Positions 45,257 through 56,150 of a stretch of 64,000 bases of DNA are shown in pieces. This stretch comes from Thermoanaerobaculia bacterium. Its GTDB lineage: Bacteria > Acidobacteriota > Thermoanaerobaculia > UBA5066 > Gp7-AA6. Location: NCBI GenBank assembly GCA_046261875.1, contig JBHENW010000024.1, positions 955 through 64,954 on the forward strand, in the 5' to 3' direction. Positions within the stretch are counted from its first letter, which is position 1. The number at the start of each line of letters is the position of its first letter. The notes under the pieces were generated by a model, which worked only from the letters and a program-made list of their open reading frames with translations, did no database searches and was not told where the DNA came from. The position numbers and the translations under genes are program-made.

Positions 45257-46207
45257 CTATCCGAGCGGTATCTCTTTCTTGTGCCGGCCGAGCCAGTCCT
45301 CGAAGCTCTGAAGCTCGGGGTTCAAAGCCCGCGTCGCCTCGATGTCTCTCGCGCCGCGGAACTGCTCGTTGAAGTCCCTCTTGTACTGGAACATGTTGCC
45401 CATGTCGTCCGCGCCGGGGAAACCGAAGCCGCGGTAGGTCTCGGGAGTCACGGCGTTGTACCGGATCTCCTGGCCGAGGGCGCGCGTCATGGCGGCCGCC
45501 ATTTCCGAGCCGGACAGGTGCTCTCCCGCGATGCCCACCGTCTTGCCGATGAATTCCTTTCCGCGCTTGAAGATGGCGTACGCGGTCTTTCCGATGTCTT
45601 CCACAGCGATTCCCGGGAGCTTCTTGTCGTCCATCGGAAACGTGAGGGCGAGCCTGCCGTCCGGCCCTCTCTTGGGGCCGGCGCCGAAGTAGATGAAGTT
45701 GTCCCAGTAGAAGGACGTGACGAGAAACGTGGTCGGAACCCCGAGGTCGCGAAAGATCTGATCGGCCTCGCCCTTGCCGTCGAAGTGCGGGACCTTGTAC
45801 TTGCCCATCAATGTCGGCATCCGGTCGTCTTCGAGCGGGATGCTCCTGCGCGTGTCTTCGAGGGTGGACCAGATCACGTGCTCGAGACGGGCGGCCTTTG
45901 CGGCGCGGGCCATGTTCCCGGCTTGGGCCAGTTCGCGCTCCGGCGAGAAATACTCCCAGTAGTTCGTGACGCAGAAAGCGCCGTACGCGCCGGTGAAGGC
46001 GCGCTCGAGGCTCGCCGCGTCGTCCAGGTCCGCCGCGACGGCCTCCACGCCGGAGGCGGAGAGGGCCTTTCCTTTCTCGGACTCCGGTTTGCGGGTGAGC
46101 GCGCGAGCCTGGAACGGCCCGCTCTTGTCCGCGACGATTGCGCGTACGAGACCCCCGCCCTGCGCGCCGGTTGCTCCGACGACCGCGATCGTTCTCTTTT
46201 CTGCCAT
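45257..46207 (-). CDS. NmrA-family NAD(P)-binding protein
   Basis: TIAVVGATGAQGGGLVRAIV Rossmann motif; NmrA-like length; AAGGAGG RBS before ATG 46207. The track ORF extends upstream with no support. Confidence 0.8.
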   Translation of the reverse strand: MAEKRTIAVVGATGAQGGGLVRAIVADKSGPFQARALTRKPESEKGKALSASGVEAVAADLDDAASLERAFTGAYGAFCVTNYWEYFSPERELAQAGNMARAAKAARLEHVIWSTLEDTRRSIPLEDDRMPTLMGKYKVPHFDGKGEADQIFRDLGVPTTFLVTSFYWDNFIYFGAGPKRGPDGRLALTFPMDDKKLPGIAVEDIGKTAYAIFKRGKEFIGKTVGIAGEHLSGSEMAAAMTRALGQEIRYNAVTPETYRGFGFPGADDMGNMFQYKRDFNEQFRGARDIEATRALNPELQSFEDWLGRHKKEIPLG

Positions 46208-46248
46208 GAGAACCTCCTTGAAGCGGCGGGAGTGTACTCCGGGGTCAT

Positions 46249-47757
46249 TCAGACCTTCTCCGGAGGCTCTTCCCAGTCCAGCGCGCGCGCAACCGCCTTG
46301 CGCCAGCGGCGATGGAGGGTGTCCCGCTCCGACTCGGAGATCGTCGGGAGGAACTCGCGGTCGAGCGTCCACGCGCGCGAAAGCTCGGCCGTGTCCTTCC
46401 AGTAACCGACGGCGAGGCCCGCCAGGTGCGCCGCCCCCAGGGCGGTCGTTTCGGTCACGGCGGGGCGCCGGACCGGCACCCCGAGCAGATCCGCCTGGAA
46501 CTGGAGGAGCGGGTCGTTGACCGCGGCGCCGCCGTCCACCTGGAGGTGATCGAGCGCGATCCCGGAGTCTGCCCGCATGGCGTCCAGGACGTCGCGCGTC
46601 TGGAAGGCCATGGCCTCGATGGCCGCGCGGGCGATGTGGGCGATCGTCGTGTCGCGCGTGATGCCGAGGATCGCGCCGCGCGCGTAGGGGTCCCAGTGGG
46701 GCGCTCCGAGACCGACGAAAGCGGGCACCAGGAACACGCCGCCCGTTCCGTCCGCGGCCTCGCGCGCGAGACTCTCGACGTCCCCGGAGGTCCGGATGGC
46801 CTTCAAACCGTCCCGGAGCCACTGGACCGCGGCGCCGGCGACGAAGACCGAGCCCTCCAGGCAGTACGTGACCTCGCCGCCCAGCTTCCATCCGACGGTC
46901 GTGACGAGACCGCTGGTGGAGGAAACGGGCGCCGCGCCGGTGTTGAGCAGGAGGAAGCAGCCCGTGCCGTAGGTGTTCTTCGCGCTTCCGGGCTCGAAGC
47001 AGGCCTGGCCGAAGAGCGCCGCCTGCTGGTCGCCGGCGACGCCGGAGATTGGAACCGGCGCGCCGAAATGCTCCTCCGCCGTCATGCCGTAGATCTCGCT
47101 CGAACCGCGGACTTCGGGAAGGATGGCGTGGGGGATGTCGAGGATCCGCAGGAGCTCCTCGTCCCAGTCGAGCGTGTGGATGTTGAAGAGGAGAGTGCGG
47201 CTCGCGTTGGAGACATCGGTGACGTGGGAGCGGCCTCCAGTCAGCCGGAAGATGAGGAACGTCTCGACCGTGCCGAACAGGATCTCGCCCCTCTCCGCGC
47301 GCTCTCGCAGGCCGGGGACCGTGTCGAGCAGATGCCGGATCTTGGTCCCCGAGAAGTAAGGGTCCAGGACGAGCCCGGTCTTCGCCCGGAAGAGGTCCTC
47401 GAGCCCTTCGGCCTTCAGCCTCTGACAGAGCGAGGCCGAAACACGACTCTGCCAGACGATGGCGTTCGCGACGGGCTTTCCCGTGCGCCGGTCCCAGAGA
47501 ATCGCCGTTTCGCGCTGGTTCGTCACGCCGATCGCGGCAAGGTCGCCGGCGGTGAGGCCGGCCGCATGCAGGGCCTCGCGGGCGACCGCGAGCTGTCCGG
47601 ACCAGATCTCCTCCGGGTCATGCTCGACTTCGCCGGGACCGGGATAGATCTGCGGGAGCTCGCGCTGTGCGGAGGAGACCGGGCGCCCGTCGTGGCCGAA
47701 CACGATCGCGCGGCTCGAGGTCGTGCCCTGATCCAGGGAGAGAACGAAGCGGCTCAT
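46249..47757 (-). CDS. glpK: glycerol kinase
   Basis: [15 protein letters not shown]..., [36 protein letters not shown] signature FGGY-kinase motifs; 502 aa. Confidence 0.9.
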   Translation of the reverse strand: MSRFVLSLDQGTTSSRAIVFGHDGRPVSSAQRELPQIYPGPGEVEHDPEEIWSGQLAVAREALHAAGLTAGDLAAIGVTNQRETAILWDRRTGKPVANAIVWQSRVSASLCQRLKAEGLEDLFRAKTGLVLDPYFSGTKIRHLLDTVPGLRERAERGEILFGTVETFLIFRLTGGRSHVTDVSNASRTLLFNIHTLDWDEELLRILDIPHAILPEVRGSSEIYGMTAEEHFGAPVPISGVAGDQQAALFGQACFEPGSAKNTYGTGCFLLLNTGAAPVSSTSGLVTTVGWKLGGEVTYCLEGSVFVAGAAVQWLRDGLKAIRTSGDVESLAREAADGTGGVFLVPAFVGLGAPHWDPYARGAILGITRDTTIAHIARAAIEAMAFQTRDVLDAMRADSGIALDHLQVDGGAAVNDPLLQFQADLLGVPVRRPAVTETTALGAAHLAGLAVGYWKDTAELSRAWTLDREFLPTISESERDTLHRRWRKAVARALDWEEPPEKV

Positions 47758-47761
47758 CGCC

Positions 47762-49438
47762 TCATCGATAGTCCCGCGATCTGGCGATCTCGGAAAGATA
47801 GTCCTGAACGGCGGCGTCCTCGCGCGCTCTGTCCCAGCCGAGCTCGCGCGCGCAGAGGGCCGCGACCCGCGGCAGCGCCCCGACCCCCTGATCGGCAGCC
47901 TGCCAGAAGAGGTGCGTGCGGCGGATCAGGAGGTCCGATATGGAACGGGCATCCTCGGCCCTCAGCGCGAAAACGATCTCGGCCGCGATGTCGGGAAGGC
48001 CGGGCGTGAGCCGTTCGGAGAGAGCGCGGTCGTCGGCGGCGAGCTTCAGGACCTCCGGGGCACGCCGGCCGTAGCGGAGGGACAGGTGACTGGCGGTCTC
48101 TCGATCGAGCGAGAGTCCTTCCGCCTCTGTCTCGAGCTTCGAGCAGAAAACGGGGAGCGGCTCGGCGGGCGCGCCGGGAAAAGGCCGGTCTTGGGTTCGG
48201 CTCTTCGCGACGGCGAGTCCTCCGCGGCGCAGCTCCTCTGCCGCGCTGTCGATCGCGCGCTCGCCCATCCGCCGGTGCGTCGTGAGCTTTCCTCCGGAGA
48301 CGGTGACGAGTCCCGAGGGAGAAACGGCCACTGAATCCTCGCGGCTGGTGTCCTGAACGCTCTTGCCGGATTCCCGCAGAAGTGGCCGCAGCGCCGCGAA
48401 GGTCGCCACGACGTCCGCGGTGGCCAGGGCCGCGGAGGGAAACAGGCCGTTCGCGGCGTTCAGCAGGAACTGCACGTCCGCGCCGTCCGCGGCCACGTCG
48501 TCGGGAGAGCCGGTGAAATCCCGGTCCGTCGTTCCCAGAAGCGTCACCGACCCGTAGGGAATCGCAAAGAGCAGACGTCCATCGGGAGAAGGCGAGACGA
48601 CGGGCTGTCGCAGAGGAAGGCGGGCCGCCGGGACGGTCACGTGCGCTCCTTTGGACAGGCGCAGCTGCGGCAGTGTACCGGGCTGGTCCTCGCCTCTGAG
48701 CCGGTCTCCCCAGGGTCCCGTGGCGTTGACCACGCAGAGCGCCGAGACGTCGAAGTCCCGACCCGTCTCCCCGTCGCGTGCGGCGACACCCCTGATCCTT
48801 CCCGAGGCGCGCTTCTGGAGCCCCGTGACGGCGATTCGGGAAACCGTGACGGCGCTGAGCGCCTCCGCGTCGAGGACGTTCTCGAGCGTGAGCCGCGCGT
48901 CGTCGGTGCGCGCATCCGTGTAGAGAGCGCCGGAGAGGAGGTCCGGGTTCTCCAGAAGGCGCTCGCGGGCGAGAAGCGCCTCCCGCGACAGCGATCGGTG
49001 CCGGGCGGAGCGGCCCAACGCCAGCGCGTCGTAAAGGGACAGGCCGAGCCGCAGGAGGAGGGGAGAAACACCCCGGTCCCGGTAGGCCGCGAACAGGAAT
49101 TCCGCAGGCTGCACCAGGTGCGGAGCGAGCCTCGCCAGGCGGTTCCGTTCCGCCAGCGACTCGAAGACCAGGTGGACCTGTCCGCTCGCGAGATAGCGCA
49201 GGCCCCCGTGGATCAGCTTGGAAGAGCGCCAGGACGTGCCGGAGGCCCAGTCGTCGCGGTCCAGAAGCGCCACGCGGAGGCCTCGCGAGGCCGCGTCGCG
49301 GGCCGCGGCCGCCCCGGTGATCCCGCCGCCCACGACGAGAACGTGGAATGGCGTGGACTCGAGCAGGGCGATCCGCTCGGCGCGGGGCCTCACTGGGGGC
49401 ACTCTATCCCGGAGGGCGAGCGAAGCTGCGCTGAGCAC
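47762..49438 (-). CDS. glpD: FAD-dependent glycerol-3-phosphate dehydrogenase
   Basis: FAD site [49 protein letters not shown]; immediately upstream of glpK on the same strand. Confidence 0.85.
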   Translation of the reverse strand: MLSAASLALRDRVPPVRPRAERIALLESTPFHVLVVGGGITGAAAARDAASRGLRVALLDRDDWASGTSWRSSKLIHGGLRYLASGQVHLVFESLAERNRLARLAPHLVQPAEFLFAAYRDRGVSPLLLRLGLSLYDALALGRSARHRSLSREALLARERLLENPDLLSGALYTDARTDDARLTLENVLDAEALSAVTVSRIAVTGLQKRASGRIRGVAARDGETGRDFDVSALCVVNATGPWGDRLRGEDQPGTLPQLRLSKGAHVTVPAARLPLRQPVVSPSPDGRLLFAIPYGSVTLLGTTDRDFTGSPDDVAADGADVQFLLNAANGLFPSAALATADVVATFAALRPLLRESGKSVQDTSREDSVAVSPSGLVTVSGGKLTTHRRMGERAIDSAAEELRRGGLAVAKSRTQDRPFPGAPAEPLPVFCSKLETEAEGLSLDRETASHLSLRYGRRAPEVLKLAADDRALSERLTPGLPDIAAEIVFALRAEDARSISDLLIRRTHLFWQAADQGVGALPRVAALCARELGWDRAREDAAVQDYLSEIARSRDYR

Positions 49439-49811
49439 GCCTCCGGCCGTCGAGCCGCGGTCTGTGTCCGCGCTTACGGCGAGGGCGGATAGGGCCCGAT
49501 GAAGTATGGCGGCGTCATCTCGGGGTCACCAGGCGGTGGCGACCGCTTTTCCGCCGACGACATCGTCGATCTCGTGAGCATCGAGCTCGATCAGCGGATA
49601 TGCCGTGCCAGTCCCCCGATGACGAGGCCCAAGATCTTCTCGCCGTCAGCGAGTCTCGCATCGTCGGCAGGCCAGAACGTCGGGTGGCGGTCTAGGACCT
49701 GCACATCGGATCCTCCTCCGGCGACGTCCAACTCGGTTGCTGCGCGAGGCTCGTCGAAGCCCCCCCAGTCCGAAAAGTGCCGAGAGACCCTTAAGCAGTC
49801 TGCCCACGACG

Positions 49812-50279
49812 CTAAGCGGGCCTCACGCCCGCGATGGTCGCCCGGCTGCGGAGCCCCACGAACGCGAGACCGAGAATCACGCCGAAGATCAGGTGACCCA
49901 TCAGGCTTCCCATCGCCACCGGCATCATCATCCTGAGCGGCGCGAACGGCGGCATCCCGAGGAAGATCGGCATCAGGACGAGAGCGCCGAGCACCCACCA
50001 GATCACGCCGTAGACTGCCCCCCAACCGAAGCCGGGGCGGTAGCTCGCCACTCGATTGCCGAAGAGCCAGCCGAAGATCGCGCCGATCAAGGCGCTGTTG
50101 AACAGGTGGTAGATCCAGCCGACGGCGAGGCTCTCCGAGCGGACGACCTTCGCGACCATTGCCATCATGGGCATCCGCCCGCCCTCCGGCGTGGGCGCGG
50201 TCATCATCTGCATCATCACTCCGAAGACGATTCCCGCGAGAATCCCGGCCACGATTCCGACTCCGATCTTCGATCGCAT
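49812..50279 (-). CDS. hypothetical integral membrane protein (Met/Gly-rich)
   Basis: 4 hydrophobic helices, no identifiable motif. Confidence 0.45.
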   Translation of the reverse strand: MRSKIGVGIVAGILAGIVFGVMMQMMTAPTPEGGRMPMMAMVAKVVRSESLAVGWIYHLFNSALIGAIFGWLFGNRVASYRPGFGWGAVYGVIWWVLGALVLMPIFLGMPPFAPLRMMMPVAMGSLMGHLIFGVILGLAFVGLRSRATIAGVRPA

Positions 50280-50316
50280 GATTCCTCCTCCTCGTTGAGC
50301 GGCTCGAGTGGTTCCG

Positions 50317-50913
50317 CTACTTCATCGCCGCGGGACGGTCTGGATCCGCCGTGCCGCCATTGGGCACGGGGAACTGCAGCTTCTGGGTGTAGGGATCTTT
50401 CTTGCCCTGTTTGAACGCCATCGCGGTCTTCGCATAGAAGCTGCGCGCGTCCTCCACGCTCCGCTTTCCGGTCGCGATGTCGTTCGCGAGGTTGAGAGCG
50501 AGAAAGTTCATCTCCTCCTTGTCGCAGCGCGCCGATATCTCGCCTTTCGTCCTTTCGACGATGACGCTGCCGTCGTAGCGCGCGAGCTCGTCGAACTTGT
50601 CCGGCGGTACGCGGTAGTCGATGAACTGCTCGAGCAGGTCCGTGTGGGCCATGGGGAAGCTGTGCGGCACTTCCTCGCGATAGAGGATCGTCCGCTTCCA
50701 GGGTCGGTTGCCGTTCCAGATCATCCTGCTCGCCGTCATCTCGTCCGGCGGGCCATATCTGTCGACCATCGCGCGGCCGACTTCCTGCGGCTTGGCGGGC
50801 CAGCCCGAGAGCCCGCTTTGCGCATCCTCGCGCGAGGGCCTTGCCTGCGCGAAAAGCGCGGCCACGCCCAGCGTCACCACCGTCAGAACCGCAAATGCTT
50901 TCGATAGCCTCAT
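50317..50913 (-). CDS. hypothetical secreted protein
   Basis: Signal peptide MRLSKAFAVLTVVTLGVAALFAQA; moderate-GC codon usage. Confidence 0.5.
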   Translation of the reverse strand: MRLSKAFAVLTVVTLGVAALFAQARPSREDAQSGLSGWPAKPQEVGRAMVDRYGPPDEMTASRMIWNGNRPWKRTILYREEVPHSFPMAHTDLLEQFIDYRVPPDKFDELARYDGSVIVERTKGEISARCDKEEMNFLALNLANDIATGKRSVEDARSFYAKTAMAFKQGKKDPYTQKLQFPVPNGGTADPDRPAAMK

Positions 50914-51054
50914 CGTTCACCTCTTAATCTGGATGCGGGAGACGTCGATGAGCCCCACGCCCTCGCAGCTCCGCATCCATACAGAGCAACAGCCGGAGCC
51001 CCCAGGAAGGTTCCGCGACCTCCCAGCGATTAGACTCGCGCTGGACAGGCGAAG

Positions 51055-51630
51055 GTGAGGACGGATTCTTCCGAAGGACGTGAGCGATTCGAGGCGACGG
51101 CGCTGCCGCTTCTTCCGGCCGTGTACGCGTACGCGATCCGGCTCTCGCGGAATGCCGAAACGGCGCGCGACCTCGTCCCGGAAACTTACCTGCGCGCCTA
51201 CCGGACGTTCAACAACTTCCGGCCGGGAACCAACTGCAAAGCCTGGCTGTTTACGATCCTGTATTCGATTTTCGTCAACCGTTACTGGAAGAGACGCCGG
51301 GAGCTGAAAACCGTGCCGCTCGAGGAGATCGAGGGTAGATTCCAGGCGTCGCTCGACCCGAACGATGCGCTTCGAGCGGGCAGTCCCGGTCCGAACTGGA
51401 CTAACCGGGACATCGAGGCGGCGCTCGACGAGCTACCCGAGGATTTCCGCGCGACCGTGATCCTGGTCGACATCGAGGAGCTCTCGTACGAGGAGGCAGC
51501 CGCCGCTCTGCGCTGCCCGGTCGGAACCGTTCGATCACGCCTGTCGCGCGCGCGCAAGCTGCTCTACTCGGCGCTCGAGGAGCACGCTCGGCGGGTCGGA
51601 TACCTCCGGGAGACTGGTTCGGAACGATGA
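51055..51630 (+). CDS. ECF-subfamily RNA polymerase sigma-70 factor
   Basis: Region 2 (AVYAYAIRLSRNAETARDLVPETYLRAYRTFNNF) and region 4 (ELSYEEAAAALRCPVGTVRSRLSRARKLL); GTG start with AGGCGAAGG RBS. Confidence 0.85.
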   Translation: MRTDSSEGRERFEATALPLLPAVYAYAIRLSRNAETARDLVPETYLRAYRTFNNFRPGTNCKAWLFTILYSIFVNRYWKRRRELKTVPLEEIEGRFQASLDPNDALRAGSPGPNWTNRDIEAALDELPEDFRATVILVDIEELSYEEAAAALRCPVGTVRSRLSRARKLLYSALEEHARRVGYLRETGSER

Positions 51631-52400
51631 AGCGCTCCGAGTCCCGTTTCCGTCGCGAGATCCCCGACTTGCTCGACGGACGCCTCAGCGCTCGCCGGCG
51701 CGTCCGGCTGGAGAGACATCTGGAAGAGTGTGCGGACTGTCGCCGCGAGTGGCGTGCGATCGTCCCGGTCAAGGACGCGGTGCGATCGGTGCGAAGCGAC
51801 CGAGAGCCGCCGAGCGATCTGGTCGCTCAGGTTCGGTCGGCGCTCGACCGGGAGGACCAGCTCGGAGAACGATCCCTCGCGGTTCAGGGAAGGTGGCTGA
51901 CGGCGCTGGCGGCCGCGGCCGTCCTCGTTATCGTTTTCCTCCTCGCCCGACAGAAACCGACCGACCCATCCCGCCAGGCCGCGCAAGACTGGAAGGGCTG
52001 GAAGTCGGGACGCGTTCAACTGGAGATCCGCTCGGATAGCCCCCAGGCGATCTCGCGGTTCTTTTCCGAGCGCGACATCGGTTTTCCCGTTGGGGCTGCC
52101 TCTCTGCACGTTCCGGGCTACCGCCTCGTCGGAGCCCGCGTGCACGTGCTCGGGGGACATCCGAGCGCGTTCTCGGTGTATCGGGGCCGCCAGACCGAGA
52201 TCCTCGTCTGCCAGATGTACGAAGGCCACCTGACACACCTCTCTTCCCCCTCACGCGTCCTCGAAAAAGGCGGCGTGCGTCTATACGTGTACCTGGGCGC
52301 TGATCTGACGCGGGTGGCCTGGCAGGATGGACCGCTCGTTTGCGTGATCGTGTCCAACGGCGCACCCGGGGAGGTCGTCGGGCTCGCCCTGGCCCAGGCC
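51627..52400 (+). CDS. anti-sigma factor (zinc-finger, single TM, periplasmic domain); 3' boundary uncertain
   Basis: ATGA overlap with the sigma gene; Zn-binding H..EEC..C (HLEECADCRREW); TM helix WLTALAAAAVLVIVFLLA. The track ORF runs on to 52970 without a stop through low-complexity Arg-rich sequence and through the tRNA-fragment repeat; the end given here is an estimate of the folded domain end. Confidence 0.55.
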
Positions 52401-52757
52401 CGCCGGGTCAGAACGCGACGGAAACGTCGCGGAGTCCTGATCCGTCCTGTACGATCCGGCGTTCGACGCCGTCCGACCGGAGCTCGCGAAAGTCTTCGCC
52501 GTCGCGTGGAAGACGTACGACGAGTACGACAAGAGCCCGAGGAAGCGGAAAGCGGGTCCCGACTCTCGGGACCCGGACCTCGAGCTGACGGTCGAATGGC
52601 CGAGACCTGGGATCGAATCCTCGAAGCCGAGCACAGAAGGATACCGGAGACGCCGTCAAACGTTCTCTTCGGCTACTACGAGCCGTACGCGATGAGCCTC
52701 GCGGCCACAAGCGCCGCCCCTACCGCGCCGCGAAAACCCGACCCCGCCCCGCCAACA

Positions 52758-52825
52758 ATAGAAACGCCGGGAGTCTCCTCCCGGCGTTTCAGAACCTTGG
52801 TTGCGGGGCAGGATTCGCCGCGGGC
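52758..52825. repeat. direct-repeat copy of the tRNA-fMet 3' end (~20 nt) plus its downstream terminator hairpin (attR-like)
   Basis: 52758..52790 AATAGAAACGCCGGGAGTCTCCTCCCGGCGTTTC vs 59027..59060 AAAAGAAACGCCCGGAGTCTCCTCCCGGCGTCTT; 52796..52815 CTTGGTTGCGGGGCAGGATT vs tRNA 3' end 59066..59087 CTTGGTTGCGGGGGCAGGATTT; followed by CGCCGCGGGC, a partial copy of the 58925..58946 hairpin. Confidence 0.7.
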
Positions 52826-53168
52826 AAACCTGCCGCGTCTCCATCTCGGCTGCAGTTCGCGTTCAGCTGAAAGACGGCTTTCGCCGCGGGCCGACCCGCG
52901 GCTGCCTCCCAGCGCGGCGATTTCGGCGTCTCGGCTTCAGACGGCCGCCCCCGCGACCTTTGGGGCATGAGAACGGTCCAGAGGTCGGCGCAACGCAACG
53001 GTTGTCAGCGAAACGACTCTGAAGTCGTCGATTCGTTAAGGCTTCCTTCACGATTGCCGATGGACCACCGTCGTCACGGAACACTTGACAAGCGGATCGG
53101 CCGGGACCTAGCGTGCCCTTGCGTCGTCCCGGGGTAGTGCTCACTGACTTCGGATCACGGAGGCTGGC

Positions 53169-53783
53169 ATGGGAGATGACGATCCCAAACCGCCGAACGA
53201 AGAGGGCGGGTTCTCGCGGCGCGACTTCCTCAAGATCTCGGGCATCACGGCTGCCGTGCCCATCGTGGTGGGCCCGCGGGTCGTCCGCGCCGCGGACGCC
53301 GACGTGGCCGTATACGGTCCCGGGAAGACCCCGATCGCGCTCACCGTCAACGGGAAGAAAGTCGCGGCCGAGCTCGAGCCGCGGGTCACGCTGCTCGACG
53401 CTCTCCGCGACAGCTTCGACCTGACGGGGACGAAACGCGTCTGCGACCGCGCCGAATGCGGCGCCTGCACCGTGCTCGTGGACGGCAGGCCGGTGTACTC
53501 CTGCTCCATGCTCGCCATCGACGCCCAGGGCCACCGCATCACCACCGTCGAGGGCTTGACGCAGGCCGGACGCCTCCACCCCCTCCAACAGGCGTTCATC
53601 GACAACGACGCGCAGCAGTGCGGCTTCTGTACGCCCGGATTCATCGTCGCCGGCAAGGCGCTTCTCGACCGGCATCCGAACCCGACGGCGGAGCAGGTCC
53701 AGAAAGGGCTGAGCGGAAACTTCTGCCGGTGCGGCACCTACTCCGGCATGCGCGCCGCGTTCGCGCTGCGGAAGGGGGTCTGA
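53169..53783 (+). CDS. xanthine dehydrogenase-family [2Fe-2S]-binding subunit with twin-arginine (Tat) signal
   Basis: Tat motif SRRDFLKISGITAAV; two 2Fe-2S cysteine clusters (CDRAECGACTV; QCGFCTPG...CRCGTY). Confidence 0.85.
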   Translation: MGDDDPKPPNEEGGFSRRDFLKISGITAAVPIVVGPRVVRAADADVAVYGPGKTPIALTVNGKKVAAELEPRVTLLDALRDSFDLTGTKRVCDRAECGACTVLVDGRPVYSCSMLAIDAQGHRITTVEGLTQAGRLHPLQQAFIDNDAQQCGFCTPGFIVAGKALLDRHPNPTAEQVQKGLSGNFCRCGTYSGMRAAFALRKGV

Positions 53784-53786
53784 GCC

Positions 53787-56150
53787 ATGGCCGAATACGC
53801 ATGGCCGGACGCGAGCCGGCGCAGTCAGATCGGCAAGCGCGTCTCCCGCGTGGACGGGGCCGCCAAGGTGACGGGCCGCGCGAGGTACACCTACGATCAG
53901 AACCCGCCGGGCCTCCTGCACGCCCGCATGCTCGGCAGCCCGCACGCGCACGCGAAGATCGTCTCCATCGACGTCAGCGCCGCCGAGAGGATGCCGGGCG
54001 TCAAAGCGATCAAGATCATCCAGCAGCCCGGCGCCGAGGTCTTCTGGGTCGGCGACGAGGTCGTCGCGATCGCCGCCGTCACCGACGGCGCCGCGGAGGA
54101 CGCGCTGCGCGCCGTCAAGGTCGAGTACCAGCCGCTCCCGCACTTCGTGGACGACTTCGCCGAACCGCGTGACGTCCAGGAAGACACGGGCCCTCTGACC
54201 CGCGGGGATCTCGGCAACCTGCTCAACAACCAGGTGCCGGAGCCGCAGATCATCGACGCGATCCAGAAGAAGGGCATCGCGTTCGCAGTGAACGAGTCGT
54301 ATATCGGGGCGCTGCGCCGCAACGAGGTCGGGGAGGAAGTGATCGAGGCCTTGCAGGCGGCGAAGGTCCACGAGCCTCCGAGCGGCCCTCGGCCCCGCTA
54401 TCGGCGCGTGACCGATACGACGGTAGCCGACGCCGCCGCGGCGTTCGCGCAGGCCGACGCCGTCAGCGAGGGGTTCTACGGCGCGGCGGTGATCACCCAT
54501 TGCTGCCTGGAGCCCCACGGCGCGGTCGCCTCGTGGCCTGACGCGAGCCACCTCGACTTCCAGGTCTCCACGCAGAACGTCTCGGGCATCGCTGACCAGC
54601 TCGCCGGCCCTTTGAAGATGCAGGCCTCGAACATCCACGTCCACCAGGAGCACGTGGGCGGCGGGTTCGGGAGCAAGTTCGGGCCGGATCGCTGGGGCCG
54701 GGTCTGCGCCGAGCTCTCCCAGCTCGCCGGCGGCGCGCCCGTGAAGCTGTTCCTCGACCGCGCCCGCGAGCTGGAAGTGGCCGGCGCGCGGCCATCTCAC
54801 TTCGCCCGCGTGAAGCTCGGCGCGAAGAAGGACGGCACGCTGCTCGTCTGGCAATCCACCTCCTGGGGGACCGGCGGCCCGGGCGGCGGAGGATCTCCCC
54901 CGCTGCCTTACGTCTTCCGCGTTCCCGTCCAGCGCCGGGAGCACGTCGCGGTCTCGACCAACACGGGTCCGGCGCGGGCCTGGCGGGCGCCCAGCCATCC
55001 GCAGGCCGCGGTCCTCACGATGTGCGCGCTCGAAGATCTCGCGGCGAAGCTCGAGATGAATCCCCTGGACTTCTTCATCAAGAACATCGGGCTCACCCGC
55101 CACCCCGAGGTCTACACGCACGAGCTGCGGAAGGCGGACGAGCTGATGGGATGGTCGAAGCGCTGGCATCCGCGCGGCGACAAAACCTCCGGACCCGTCA
55201 AACGCGGCCTCGGCCTGTCGATCCACACGTGGGGCGGGCGCGGCCACGAGAGCAATTGCGACGTAACCATCCATCCCGACGGCGCCGTCGCCGTCAGCCT
55301 GGGCACGCAGGACCTCGGCACAGGGACACGCACCGCGATCCTGATGGTCGCGGCGGAGACGCTCGGCCTCCCCATCACCGCGATCACCCTGAACATCGGC
55401 GACAACAGGTTCCCGTCCTCCGGCGGCTCCGGCGGCAGCACCACCATCGGCGGCGTGTCCTCCTCCACCCGGCGCGCAGCCGTGGACGCGCTCAATCAGC
55501 TCCTCGCGGTCGTCGCGCCGTCGCTTTCCACCCAGGCCAGCGAGCTGGAGGCCGTGAATGGCGCCGTCCGCGTCAAGGCGGCGCCCGGCCGCAGCCTCAC
55601 CTGGAAGCAAGCGTGCGCAAAGCTCGGCGCCAAAGGAGTCACCGCGCGAGGGAAGAACCCCGACGAGACGAAGCCCGATCTCACGAACGAGAGCGTCGGC
55701 GGCGCGCAGATGGCCGACGTTTCCGTGGATGTCGAGACCGGCGTCGTGCGCGTCGAAAAGATGGTCGCGGTCCAGGACTGCGGCCTCGTGATCAACCTGA
55801 AGACCGCCGAGAGCCAGTGTTACGGCGCGCTCATCATGGGCATCAGCTACGCCCTCTACGAGGAAAAGATCATGGACCCGAGCACGGGACGCATGCTGAA
55901 CCCCAACATGCAGTTCTACCGCCTCGCGGGCTACGGCGACATCCCGGAGCTCGTCGTGCACATGATGACGGGCAAGGGTTACGACGAGCGCGGCGTCATC
56001 GGCCTGGGCGAGCCGCCGGTCGTCTCTCCGGGCGCGGCGATATCGAACGCCGTCGCCAACGCCATCGGCGTCCGCGTCCCCGTGATTCCGCTCACGCCCG
56101 ACCGGGTCCTGGCCGCACTCGAGCAGGCCCGGGAGAGGGGAGGTGCCTGA
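53787..56150 (+). CDS. xanthine dehydrogenase-family molybdopterin-binding large subunit
   Basis: 787 aa; aldehyde oxidase/xanthine dehydrogenase a/b hammerhead and Moco-binding domains (GGGFGSK motif at HVGGGFGSKFG; C-terminal dimerisation region). Confidence 0.85.
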   Translation: MAEYAWPDASRRSQIGKRVSRVDGAAKVTGRARYTYDQNPPGLLHARMLGSPHAHAKIVSIDVSAAERMPGVKAIKIIQQPGAEVFWVGDEVVAIAAVTDGAAEDALRAVKVEYQPLPHFVDDFAEPRDVQEDTGPLTRGDLGNLLNNQVPEPQIIDAIQKKGIAFAVNESYIGALRRNEVGEEVIEALQAAKVHEPPSGPRPRYRRVTDTTVADAAAAFAQADAVSEGFYGAAVITHCCLEPHGAVASWPDASHLDFQVSTQNVSGIADQLAGPLKMQASNIHVHQEHVGGGFGSKFGPDRWGRVCAELSQLAGGAPVKLFLDRARELEVAGARPSHFARVKLGAKKDGTLLVWQSTSWGTGGPGGGGSPPLPYVFRVPVQRREHVAVSTNTGPARAWRAPSHPQAAVLTMCALEDLAAKLEMNPLDFFIKNIGLTRHPEVYTHELRKADELMGWSKRWHPRGDKTSGPVKRGLGLSIHTWGGRGHESNCDVTIHPDGAVAVSLGTQDLGTGTRTAILMVAAETLGLPITAITLNIGDNRFPSSGGSGGSTTIGGVSSSTRRAAVDALNQLLAVVAPSLSTQASELEAVNGAVRVKAAPGRSLTWKQACAKLGAKGVTARGKNPDETKPDLTNESVGGAQMADVSVDVETGVVRVEKMVAVQDCGLVINLKTAESQCYGALIMGISYALYEEKIMDPSTGRMLNPNMQFYRLAGYGDIPELVVHMMTGKGYDERGVIGLGEPPVVSPGAAISNAVANAIGVRVPVIPLTPDRVLAALEQARERGGA

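Noticed and set aside
45257-46891. 544-aa version of the NmrA-like ORF
   Set aside because: The N-terminal 228 codons are low-complexity (RGRG/PG-rich) and overlap glpK. A strong RBS precedes Met 46207.
49591-50025. 144-aa minus-strand ORF between glpD and the membrane-protein gene
   Set aside because: Largely Arg/Asp low-complexity and overlapping the better-supported membrane protein gene at its 3' end. Cannot exclude a small real gene in 49440..49810, but no motif supports it.
52863-55961. 1032-aa minus-strand ORF opposite the XDH 2Fe-2S and Moco genes
   Set aside because: Antisense GC artefact. The plus-strand genes have Tat signal, Fe-S cysteine clusters and Moco motifs.
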